Shown one piece after another: positions 30,481-39,366 of a stretch of 39,366 nucleotides of DNA. Source of the stretch: Asterionella formosa (lineage: Eukaryota). A program made the translations under genes and the position numbers. The notes below the pieces were generated by a model that did no database searches, was not told the origin of the DNA, and saw nothing but the letters and a program-made list of their open reading frames with translations. Every line of letters begins with the position of its first letter. The stretch's first letter is position 1. The DNA lies in contig NKIB01014953.1 in NCBI GenBank assembly GCA_002256025.1, positions 1-39,366 on the forward strand. Reading direction: 5' to 3'.

Positions 30481-32709
30481 CTACTTTTTGGACTTGACGC
30501 CCGCTTTGTTATCTTTCAAGGCAGTCATCGACTTCTTCTTCGACCTCGCCGCTCGTTCGCGGGCACCGCTATCCAATTCCGCTTTTCTCAGGCGCACACC
30601 CTTTGGAGTGACTTCAATGATTTCATCGTCAGCCATGTATCCAATGAGTTCTTCCACATTATATTTCTTTGGTGGAGATAAGATCATCTTTTCTTCCTTG
30701 TTTTGCGATCGCATATTATTCACAGCCTTGGCTTTTACCGGATTCACTTCCAAATCACCAGGTCGACTGCTTTCTCCAATGACCATGCCCGCATAAACCA
30801 TGTCGCCAGGGCTGATAAAGAGAGTTCCACGATCGGCAAGAGTGTTGAGAGCGAACAACGTCGCCTTGCCTTGGTCATTGCTGACAAGCTTTCCCTTCTC
30901 CGCGCCGTCGCCCAAGGTTCCAGCGTAAACGCGGTCTTCCAAGTATGTGTGGTTGACAACCGCACTTCCTCTCGTGAGGGTTGCAATCTCTGGCCCAAAG
31001 CCCAACAATCCTCGACTTGGACATTCAAATAGGAGGCGGGTCTTGCCATCCCCACTATCCTCTTGCATATTCAACAAGACGCCTTTGCGACCTCCAGTCA
31101 AGGCGTTGACAACAGTTCCAGCATGTTCTGTCTCCACATCGACAGTGACCTCTTCGTATGGTTCCAACTTTTCACCAGTCTCGGGGCAAATTTTGGTAAC
31201 AATCCGAGGAGGAGACACAATAAGTTCAAAGCCTTCACGGCGCATTTCTTCAATTAGGATACCCAACTGTAATTCACCTCTGGCAAAAACAGTCATTTTG
31301 TCTGCGTCTGTTTCAGATCGCTGAACAACAATAGTAACATTATTATCTGTCTCTTCTTCCAATCGAAGGCGGACTCTTGTGCTCGTGAAAATGGTTCCTT
31401 CTTGTCCAGAAAGTGGACCGTTGTTGGCGCCAAAGTCCATGGACAATGTTGGAGGTGCTAGGGGAGGGGTCTCGATCGGTCGCGGGATTGGGCTCTTGAA
31501 GGTTGTGACTGTATCTCCAACGGCAATGGCTTCCGGCACACCTGCAATGGTGACGATATCCCCTGCTGCTACAACAAAGGATTCGTCCAGCTCAGTGCGT
31601 GAAATACCACGGTTAACAAACAATCCGGCGACAGCATGTCCACCAAACGTGGACGTGTCGGCTGGGTCACGGCGCATAATGGTTAGTGTGTCACCAATGC
31701 GGACAGATCCCGAATAGATGCGGCCAGTGCAAGTTCGTCCCAGGTACTGATCGCGTCCGACAGTTGTGGCCGCCATTGAAAATCTATCTTGCTCGAAAGC
31801 TGCTCCATCCGAAGTAGAACCAGCTTCCAGTTGAGATTCATAGGAATAGACAGTAGGCTCCGGAATATAGTCAACAATCGCCTTTAACAGGGTTCTCATC
31901 CCATGGTCGGCACTTGTTTTGCCGCTCTTCCCCAACGCCAATGCTTCCTGTACGTCCTGTGTGACCCACCCTTCTCTCGCACTTGCATACAATGTAACGT
32001 ATTCCATTTGATCTTCCGATGCCCCTAGCTTATCAAACAAATCCAGCAGAAGGCTCTCAGTCTCTCCCGATTCAATCCTCGCCGCCGCATCTGGTCGATC
32101 GGCCTTGTTCAAAACCACAATAGGCTGAAGCCCCAAATTCAATGCCCGCGAGAGTACATATTTTGTTTGCGCCATGGGTCCTTCGCTTGCATCCACCACC
32201 AAACACACCCCGTCCACCATACTAAGAATTCTGTCGACTTCTCCAGCAAAATCCGCGTGACCGGGTGTGTCCACTACATTGATAATGTAATTGTTGTCAA
32301 AGTCCATCCTTGTGACTTTTGACTTGATGGTGATTCCACGTTCAATTTCCAATGCTCCGCTATCCAACAGTCGGTCTCCACCCGATTTGTCTCCAGTGGT
32401 GGCCTTGAGTAGTTCGTCCACCAATGTTGTTTTCCCGTGATCGACGTGAGCCACAATGGCCACATTTCGTACTCCGAAACGACGAACAGGAGTGGCAGTT
32501 GTAGCAATGTTGCTTTCATCCGATGCCTGCGTGGAAAAGGATCGTTTCCCGATAACCCCTACGATGCGATGGTTCCTCACTTCAAGTGGCCCGTGCGTGC
32601 GGGGTAGATGGACAATCCCAGGACGTGCAACGAGAGGAATGTGGGACAGGCGCAGTGATCGTCGATACGTCAATGCCAAGATTCGACTATTGGAGGCTCG
32701 CTGGAGCAT
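30481..32709 (-). CDS. typA: Translational GTPase TypA/BipA homolog, organelle-targeted, 742 aa
   Basis: RNVAIVAHVDHGKTTLVD, ERGITI, DTPGHADFAGEVDR, NKAD, RGELQLGILIEEMRREGFEL, LEPYEEVTVDV, and the BipA C-terminal EVTPKGVRLRK. An Arg-rich N-terminal extension precedes the G domain. Confidence 0.96.
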   Translation of the reverse strand: MLQRASNSRILALTYRRSLRLSHIPLVARPGIVHLPRTHGPLEVRNHRIVGVIGKRSFSTQASDESNIATTATPVRRFGVRNVAIVAHVDHGKTTLVDELLKATTGDKSGGDRLLDSGALEIERGITIKSKVTRMDFDNNYIINVVDTPGHADFAGEVDRILSMVDGVCLVVDASEGPMAQTKYVLSRALNLGLQPIVVLNKADRPDAAARIESGETESLLLDLFDKLGASEDQMEYVTLYASAREGWVTQDVQEALALGKSGKTSADHGMRTLLKAIVDYIPEPTVYSYESQLEAGSTSDGAAFEQDRFSMAATTVGRDQYLGRTCTGRIYSGSVRIGDTLTIMRRDPADTSTFGGHAVAGLFVNRGISRTELDESFVVAAGDIVTIAGVPEAIAVGDTVTTFKSPIPRPIETPPLAPPTLSMDFGANNGPLSGQEGTIFTSTRVRLRLEEETDNNVTIVVQRSETDADKMTVFARGELQLGILIEEMRREGFELIVSPPRIVTKICPETGEKLEPYEEVTVDVETEHAGTVVNALTGGRKGVLLNMQEDSGDGKTRLLFECPSRGLLGFGPEIATLTRGSAVVNHTYLEDRVYAGTLGDGAEKGKLVSNDQGKATLFALNTLADRGTLFISPGDMVYAGMVIGESSRPGDLEVNPVKAKAVNNMRSQNKEEKMILSPPKKYNVEELIGYMADDEIIEVTPKGVRLRKAELDSGARERAARSKKKSMTALKDNKAGVKSKK

Positions 32710-32984
32710 GGTGGGTAATTAATTCAATGACTTGTCTTAGTCAAGGAGGAGGAGATGGAACAATGCAGATTCCAATGAATCATCCAATTGCAAAGATTTG
32801 AGAAACAATTCGTTTCGCTGAACACAGTCCGCACAATTTACCGGGTAATCCATCATACACTGTCTACCGGTGGCTTTTCATTTTCCACCATCATTGTTAC
32901 CTGGTACTCCACCATACTACCGGTAAGTACCTGGTACCAGGTACCCTGGTCACTAGACAAACCAGATAACAAAGAGGAATTCCA

Positions 32985-33103
32985 GCAATTTGCGACCATT
33001 TTGCTGAAATTGATAACGTGACGCAGGACAGGCGAATTATTACATAGAAAACATCATCAATTCAAGAAAGCTAAAGTTTTAAAGGAAAATTACAGCAACT
33101 TGC
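32985..33103. mobile_element. Degenerate MITE-like copy (same family as 4089-4179)
   Basis: GCAATTTGCGACCATTTTGCTGAAATTGA ... AAGCTAAAG..GGAAAATTACAGCAACTTGC resemble the two TIRs of copy 1. Confidence 0.55.
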
Positions 33104-33439
33104 CGGTATCCTCTGCCGCCCGTCCTCGCTGCGATCATGCCAAGCAAGAATACCGGTAGTTAAAACGTTGCATGCTGCTCCTGATTCCCCAGAAGCTTTG
33201 GTGTGCTTGTGCATTTGACCTCGTCCTTCTTCATACTCATAGCTAAGTCATAAGCACCCGTTATTCCGTTTCGGTAATACAGGGTCTATCAACTTGACCA
33301 TTGGTACCAGTTACCACCGCAGGGCAATTGCAATAAAAGAGAAAAAAATAAGGAACGAGTCCATACCGGGACTTTTGAACATTCACTGCTGCTGCACACT
33401 GCAGTGAAAGAACAAGTCGTAATCCAACACCCCCCTAGT

Positions 33440-34213
33440 ATGACGCAATCACCAGAACAAACAGCATCAGTTGATTTACAACTTCCTCACGACAACGAGC
33501 ATATCTTGGTGCTGTACGCATCTCAAACTGGAAATTCTGAACAAGCCGCCAAGGACGTTTGTCTTGAGCTTCCCAGCAAACTGCCAGGCGTTACTTGCTC
33601 TCACATGCAATTGGACGACTTTCTTGAATTGAAGGAATGCGCATGGACTCCATTCGTCATTATTATTTCATCCTCCTACGGTGTCGGACAAGCGCCACTC
33701 GGGGGATATAGATTTAGAGACTTTTGTGATTCCATCCTACTACAAACTCAAACAACGGCAGTGGACAGCACTAGTGATACTAAACTGATGCTAAAAGGCC
33801 TTTCCTTTGCATTGCTTGGTCTGGGAGATTCCAAGTACACCACTTACTTTCAAAACCCAACCACCATCCATAATGCCATGACCCAGGCGGGAGCTACCTT
33901 GGTTGGGATGCTGGGTAAAGCCGATGCCAGTGGCGATCAACTCAAGGCCATTTCTGATTGGATACACGGACTTTGGACGCCACTCCAAACGGCACTCCGT
34001 ACAGCACCACCCGTTCCTTCAGAAAGGCTGCTGGAGATGCAACAGGCCACCCAATCAATTTGTCGGAACAAGGATCCAACGTTCTTGCCACTGCCATTAT
34101 TGGACAATGGCATAACAAGTGTCTTGGTGTGGCTATTACTTCCGCTAGTCATGGCGTTTTTGGCTATTGCTTCTGCTATTGTCTGTAGGAGTGCACGTGC
34201 AGACCTTTCGTGA
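33440..34213 (+). CDS. Stand-alone flavodoxin-fold (FMN-binding, diflavin-reductase type) protein with C-terminal membrane anchor, 257 aa
   Basis: ILVLYASQTGNSEQAA, IISSSYGVGQAP and FALLGLGDSKYTTYF. The first ATG is 33440 (the ORF track starts at GTG). Hydrophobic VLVWLLLPLVMAFLAIASAIVC lies near the C-terminus. Confidence 0.9.
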   Translation: MTQSPEQTASVDLQLPHDNEHILVLYASQTGNSEQAAKDVCLELPSKLPGVTCSHMQLDDFLELKECAWTPFVIIISSSYGVGQAPLGGYRFRDFCDSILLQTQTTAVDSTSDTKLMLKGLSFALLGLGDSKYTTYFQNPTTIHNAMTQAGATLVGMLGKADASGDQLKAISDWIHGLWTPLQTALRTAPPVPSERLLEMQQATQSICRNKDPTFLPLPLLDNGITSVLVWLLLPLVMAFLAIASAIVCRSARADLS

Positions 34214-34290
34214 TTTTGCAAGAACTCCTGCAACGAAAAATTAGGATACAAAAGTAAAGAAACACAAAGAGCACATCGCACGTGACGTGA

Positions 34291-34956
34291 CTAGGTACAC
34301 TTATCTCTATCCCTAGTATACAACAGCAACTCATCCTCTTCTTCTTCCTCATCATCTCGTTTTGGAGGAAGCATAGAGTTCACATCTACCTTGAATGGAG
34401 GTCGGGGTCGAGGCACGGTGAAGCCGTCATTTGATTTGTTCAGTTGCGGAGCCAGGTAATTTCTACTGTTCAGATCATCGGCCTCTTCCTTGGGGGAAGA
34501 CACATCCAAATACCCCAACAAGAGAGGTCCCACCAGACCATCGATATTGACCCACCGATGATACTTTTCAAACAGGACAGTCCCATCCTTACCCAAAACC
34601 TTGGCCAGTATCGGAGCCCCACCTGGATGATACAACAAGTACGGTGCAATATTGTACACCTTTCCATGCAGAATGGTCCAACCATCATGATTCTTGTTGT
34701 GTAGCGCCACTTCCGATGCGGATATCTTCCTCATTGGTGCTCCCTTGCGTTGTGCCAAATCATTGGATGTTTTCAATAACCGGACCCAATCATGCATACC
34801 AAACCCCGGGCGAACGCCACTCTTTTGTCGACGAACTGGCAACGCAGCTGCATTAGTAGTATTTGGATCTCTTATTATCTTTGCCTTTGGTGGAGGTAAG
34901 GTAGAATCATTCATGTGGCGGTCGTCGCTGATAGTATTGTTTTCCTCCGACGACAT
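34291..34956 (-). CDS. Soluble cytochrome b5-domain protein (CYB5R4 N-terminus / Irc21 / RLF-like), 221 aa
   Basis: RRQKSGVRPGFGMHDWVRL, EVALHNKNHDGWTILHGKVYNIAPYLLYHPGG and GKDGTVLFEKYHRWVN carry both heme-ligand histidines. First ATG at 34956; no TM tail. Confidence 0.92.
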   Translation of the reverse strand: MSSEENNTISDDRHMNDSTLPPPKAKIIRDPNTTNAAALPVRRQKSGVRPGFGMHDWVRLLKTSNDLAQRKGAPMRKISASEVALHNKNHDGWTILHGKVYNIAPYLLYHPGGAPILAKVLGKDGTVLFEKYHRWVNIDGLVGPLLLGYLDVSSPKEEADDLNSRNYLAPQLNKSNDGFTVPRPRPPFKVDVNSMLPPKRDDEEEEEDELLLYTRDRDKCT

Positions 34957-36032
34957 GATGGGAGCAAGAGAATCCAAGAGAAAATCGGATAATGTATGTT
35001 TGTTCGTCGCTCAGTTGCGAGAGAAACGACTACCGGTATTATCTTATGTCGTGTGGTACCGGTGTACAGTGTTGAAATTGCGTCCCGAAATACTATATGC
35101 TTTCTTGTATCCTGTAAGGACACGTCAGGGACCAAATAGGCTGTAGATATAACAACGATGTCTCCGTGATCGATTGTAATCGTTCCTAAGAGTTTTAATA
35201 GAATTATGGGTTTTTACTGTTGGCGTAGATTGTTTTCGAATTCTCTGGTACCATATTCTTTCTTGATTCATTCGATTCAATATGTAGTAGGTAATTTATA
35301 CCGGGATTTTCGTTCCTAAAATATTTTCTCCAACATACAGGAGCAAAGAATGTCGATTGAAGCTGCAGGCGACATCTGATGGCTATGATAAGCAAACCCG
35401 CGAGAACTCCAAAAGCAAAATGTATGTATTCTTGCCTGTACCGGTGTATAAATAAAAAGTACAGGTACTTCGCAATGCGGAAACCTTGTCTTAGCCGCGA
35501 TGTGGCTTTTGCCAACATAATGTACCGTCTTAGCTAATCATCGGGAAGGTGAGATAAAACACTTTTTTGAGTTAGGAAAGATTAAGCTAAATATCTCGAT
35601 TACCGGACCCTCCTGCCGAGACTAAAGCAAGTACGATGTACCTGGTAACTGATACCAGCACCACGGCACAGTCCACCATAAACTGCAGTACCAGGTACCC
35701 TGGTACCGTACCAGTACTAACTAACCTGGTACGTATGAATGATGAGCATTCGATCTCCACCACGTGCATCTAAGCCATAAGTTGCATATTATAACGGTAT
35801 ACTTCCTCGTCGGTGTTCGATTCCACTCTTGTTATCAGGTACCATCAGGTACTCCTACTCCTTGCTGAGTAGACTTGTACTGTAAGCTAAAGTAGGGGTG
35901 TGATATACGAAATACGTTCAACCGCTGAGGAGTCTGTATCCTGTAAAATGCATTTTTGTGATCCAAAGATGAATATTTTATCATACATTATACACAGGGG
36001 GGTGTACCACATACATAGTGAAGTACATACCG

Positions 36033-36084
36033 GTACCTGATCTTACATACCAGAGAAAGTACCTGATCTTACATACCAGAGAAA
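36033..36084 (+). repeat. Perfect 26-bp tandem duplication abutting a MITE end
   Basis: GTACCTGATCTTACATACCAGAGAAA x2. Confidence 0.9.
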
Positions 36085-36170
36085 GTTACGGTCATTTTGC
36101 TTTAACTAAGATTTTAACCTGGGATAAAGGTAGCTAAATCTTTAGTTTCAGCAAAATTACCGCAACTTGC
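36081..36170. mobile_element. MITE-like element (copy 2)
   Basis: AAGTTACGGTCATTTTGCTTTAACTAAGATTTTAACCT...AGCTAAATCTTTAGTTTCAGCAAAATTACCGCAACTTGC; the right 39 bp are identical to copy 1. Confidence 0.75.
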
Positions 36171-36326
36171 AGGTGCCTGAAAAATACGGTACCTGGTAAT
36201 CCAATGCAAATTGTGCGATGAGACAATTCTCTTCCCTTTTTTCCATCCAAAATACACCAGTCTACTGGTACCGGACGGTATATGGTTCCTGTACCTGACA
36301 TTATATTACTACCGGGATTGATATAA

Positions 36327-36572
36327 ATGTCGTCAGGATCACCATCGACAAATAAACGACGTCAAACTCGAACCACACAGAAACAGATACAACATCGACA
36401 ATCCCAAATTCTCATGGAACTCAGCGAGACAGTCAACACGTTGACAAGTATTAGACAAGTGTTGGAGGATTTGGACTGTCAGACGGACGCTTCCGTCCCA
36501 GGCACGGCGGCACATCAGCAGGAGTTGTTGATGCAGGAATTGAGAAAATGGGAGCGAGTCAAAAAGACATAG
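36327..36572 (+). CDS. Small helical/coiled-coil hypothetical protein, 81 aa
   Basis: ATG in A-rich context (ATAAATGTCG). The composition is coding-like and contrasts with the GGTACC-rich flanks. Amphipathic periodicity in RQSQILMELSETVNTLTSIRQVLEDL. Confidence 0.5.
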   Translation: MSSGSPSTNKRRQTRTTQKQIQHRQSQILMELSETVNTLTSIRQVLEDLDCQTDASVPGTAAHQQELLMQELRKWERVKKT

Positions 36573-37526
36573 AATTGGCAAAAGTAAATTCTCTACCGGT
36601 ATGCAGCCTCTTTCCCTATCGACTTCTCCAGGGAGTTCCGGGAAAGTCCTAATATTGCGAATATTTGTCCGTAAATATATAATCAAACCAGCCATCCTTA
36701 TACCGGTAAATGGCTTACCGTTATGTACATTCTGTAGCAGTGGGGCGTTGTTGCACCGGTGGGTACCAGGTACCAGGTACCTTTTGTTCAAATTGTGTAC
36801 ATACCGGTACCATCGTACTGGGTACCTGGTACCGCTAGTCAGTATACATACGTATTCAGTATGCAAGGTACACTCACATGATATACTTACTACAGGTAAA
36901 CTAAAAATATTTATTACTCTGGGGTATCATGAGAAACCCTCACATAGATCACCACCCCTACCTCCAAACCAAACCACCAACTGAAACACGGTCGTATGCA
37001 TATGAATATGGCGACATATGACGGTGCCAGGTACCAGGTACAGTGTGATGTCGGCAAGATAGTCAGTCTACCACTATCTGTTAAATTGCTTACCGGCATT
37101 TATATTTTTTCATACATCCCTAGAACTGGTATGTCTTGCTGCTAGAGTACCAGGTACGTGGTACTCGGAGTACCTCTTATCATTAGAATGCTGGAGAGCT
37201 GTATTCCTGTACCGGTAGTAGAGTGGAGCAGACAACAATTCGTACAAGTACCTACCATGTACAGTGTATACCGTAGAATAATAAGCATCATCCCTCGTGC
37301 CTATCCTCGTGGTATAATTTTGTTGATGATGACAAACGTGAATACCGTTAGTACGTTTCTAATATGTAGCAGTACATACATAGTAGTATTCCGGTATTGC
37401 GGTAGGCACCTGTCACTAACTACGATAGTGCCTGGACCAGTAAGGTCCGCTAATCGAGATACCGGTATTCAGCTTAGTCTGTTCTTAAGTAAAAACCGTG
37501 TTTTACCGGACCTTCAAGGTAGGTAC

Positions 37527-37693
37527 TGTTGAGGGGAACCTTGTCATGAATAAAGGTGACCTACAATATTATGCCTATTCTATTGCTGTTTCCAGTACAT
37601 CGTTGTTAGCACTCACGCATGTACCTAATCTGGTAGCTGCGCCGGTATGGTTTGTACAGCGCGTGTATGGAGCATCATATGCAGATATTAACA
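37527..37693 (-). mobile_element. Probable 3' LTR of a Ty1/copia element (167 bp)
   Basis: On the minus strand, PPT GGTGAGGGTG (37703-37694) is followed directly by TGTTAA. The candidate end ...CCCTCAACA at 37527 gives TG..CA termini. The distal boundary is less certain because no second LTR is in the window. Confidence 0.6.
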
Positions 37694-37789
37694 CACCCTC
37701 ACCAGCAGATTCAGGCAGAAGAACAGGAGCCGGGGTGGAGATGATAGCAGCATCGGAAGCCAAGCACGCATAATAGTTAGGAGGACTAG

Positions 37790-38981
37790 GGAGGGATGGA
37801 GGGCAATGGAGATAGTGCGGGCGCGTCAACGTATGATGGGAAGCCGGATGATGTTTAGTGAAATAATCGGCACAATTCAAACTACCTTTTTTCTAGTATA
37901 CAAGAAATTGGCCTTGGCGAACCCGATCGTGAACCCAATAATAATGCATATCCATAGCTTTGGAACGTTTTTGTCGGACAGTATCATTGGCGATGCCACT
38001 GGCAGTGCTATTATTGGTGACAATACGGGTAGAAGGTTGGGGATGACCAAGCTCAGCAAGAATGTTGCGAATAGCATATGCCTCTTTGCCATTGTGGAAC
38101 AAAGCAGCTAATTCGGCCCCAGCAGCACTTGATACAACCTCCTTAAAAATTTGAAAGTGTATGTAAATAGCACCGTTAAGAGCAGGGATGGACGTAGTGA
38201 AGCAAGGCGGAGACAGGGGTTTACAGCTGAGAAAGTGAATGCCGGCAGCGCGGGAGCAACCACGCGTTTCAGATAGAAAGGAGGCATCGCTTTCAACATG
38301 GAGGACCAGCATGTCACTGGCAGTAAAGCGGAGTGTGGCTTCAGGATGAGTGTCACAATAATTGAGAAGGTGGGTAATAGCAGTCAAGGTAGCCACAGTG
38401 GGGGTTGCTTGTTGTGTAGCCAATGTACCAAGGGCCGGCAACATAGTACAGTCAATAGCACGGGCATAATACAATAAAGTACCAAGAATCTCCTGCACAC
38501 ATGTTTTATCATGGAGATCAAGGACAGGAGTGACATCAGGAACAACAAATTGATGGCAAGCGCCATAACTAGGTGCAGTCCAGGCATGGGGGGCATGTTG
38601 TGGGTGTGTTGGGGTGGAGTGTGTGAATCGTTGTAGAGCACGAACAATGTAACCAGGCATAGTGAGGTCAACAGTGCGATGTTTGTAATCCCACATAAGC
38701 GTAAGGCCAATGTAGCGGGAGCCAGTCCAATCAGTTGTGAGACGGTATTTAGTGTGTAAAGTGGTGAGGAGACGGTCCACGTTTTTATGTTTGGTGTAAC
38801 ATACACCAAAGTCATTGACAACAAGTGTAAACATGAGTTCACTGGTGGTATCCATCCATAGGCCAGGGGTGACTGGGCAGGGGAGGTAATGATGCGGGAG
38901 CAAGAACTGTGCAAGTTGATCATTGGAAAGTATACCAGCCTGAAACAGCCCATACATGCCAGGTCGGGTTTCGACATACAT
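37790..38981 (-). pseudogene. Ty1/copia (diatom CoDi-like) pol fragment: RT C-terminal half plus RNase H, inactivated
   Basis: GMYGLFQAG, TPGLW, FTLVVNDFGV (YVDD site), VESDASFLSE, SSAAGAELAALF, TNNSTA and KRSKAMDMHYYWVHDRVRQGQFLVY*KKGSLNCADYFTKHH. Catalytic residues are substituted, there is one internal stop, and the 5' end is truncated. Confidence 0.93.
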
Positions 38982-38994
38982 CTACAACGCCGAT

Positions 38995-39142
38995 TACTGG
39001 TACAGCCGCCACAAAAAAAACGCTAGTCAAATATGATCACCCAAATTAATTATTTGGGTGGCCCAATATGACGAATTTAGCTACGTACATAATTTAAGGG
39101 TATGACATCACAAAAAAATATGATGCATCATACAATATATAT
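38995..39142 (+). repeat. Dispersed repeat (second copy of 4755-4908)
   Basis: Aligns by eye to 4755-4908 with scattered substitutions and indels; begins about 14 bp from where the copia frame stops. Confidence 0.85.
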
Positions 39143-39366
39143 GGACGGAGTGAACTTAAATAGTTTCGACAACTTCCATAATTATTTTAGAAACCCACAT
39201 AATTTTTGGGGCCAACTGACAATATTTTCTGGCGACACGAAGAAAAATTTGTTCAGTAATAATCTCTATAATACGGTACTTTTCTCGACAATTCGCAACA
39301 TTTCCGTTCACAAATATTCTTCACTCTGACTACCATTAATTCTGTTAGTTTGCTCCCATTTTATCT

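Noticed and set aside
38384..38977. 197-aa overlapping ORF in the copia relic
   Set aside because: Alternative frame of the pol fragment with no motifs.

Overview
Eukaryotic nuclear DNA, most likely from a diatom. Evidence for this: short GT-AG introns, a bipartite signal+transit plastid presequence, diatom-style Ty1/copia relics and a stramenopile-type P0 tail. Compact gene clusters alternate with repeat and transposon-debris islands. Genes: FKBP12 (3 exons), mitochondrial i-AAA protease YME1/FtsH4, a plastid-targeted metallophosphoesterase, a 3217-aa intronless RAVE/Rabconnectin-3 (Rav1/DMXL) homolog, RPLP0, TypA/BipA, a tail-anchored flavodoxin-fold protein and a cytochrome b5. Mobile content: two dead copia pol fragments (one with PPT and a probable 3' LTR), a probable gag relic and a small MITE family. 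Most interesting: (1) the Rav1/DMXL homolog appears to carry PDZ, SH2, DEP-like and C2 signalling domains, an unusual architecture for a V-ATPase assembly factor; (2) an intergenic ~210-nt rod-like RNA hairpin inside a ~350-nt self-complementary region that matches no standard ncRNA I recognise; (3) a triplicated 3' end of the giant gene; (4) GGTACC/CCAGG palindromic tracts concentrated in intergenic DNA, often upstream of genes. All domain calls come from reading motifs by eye; no database search was run.
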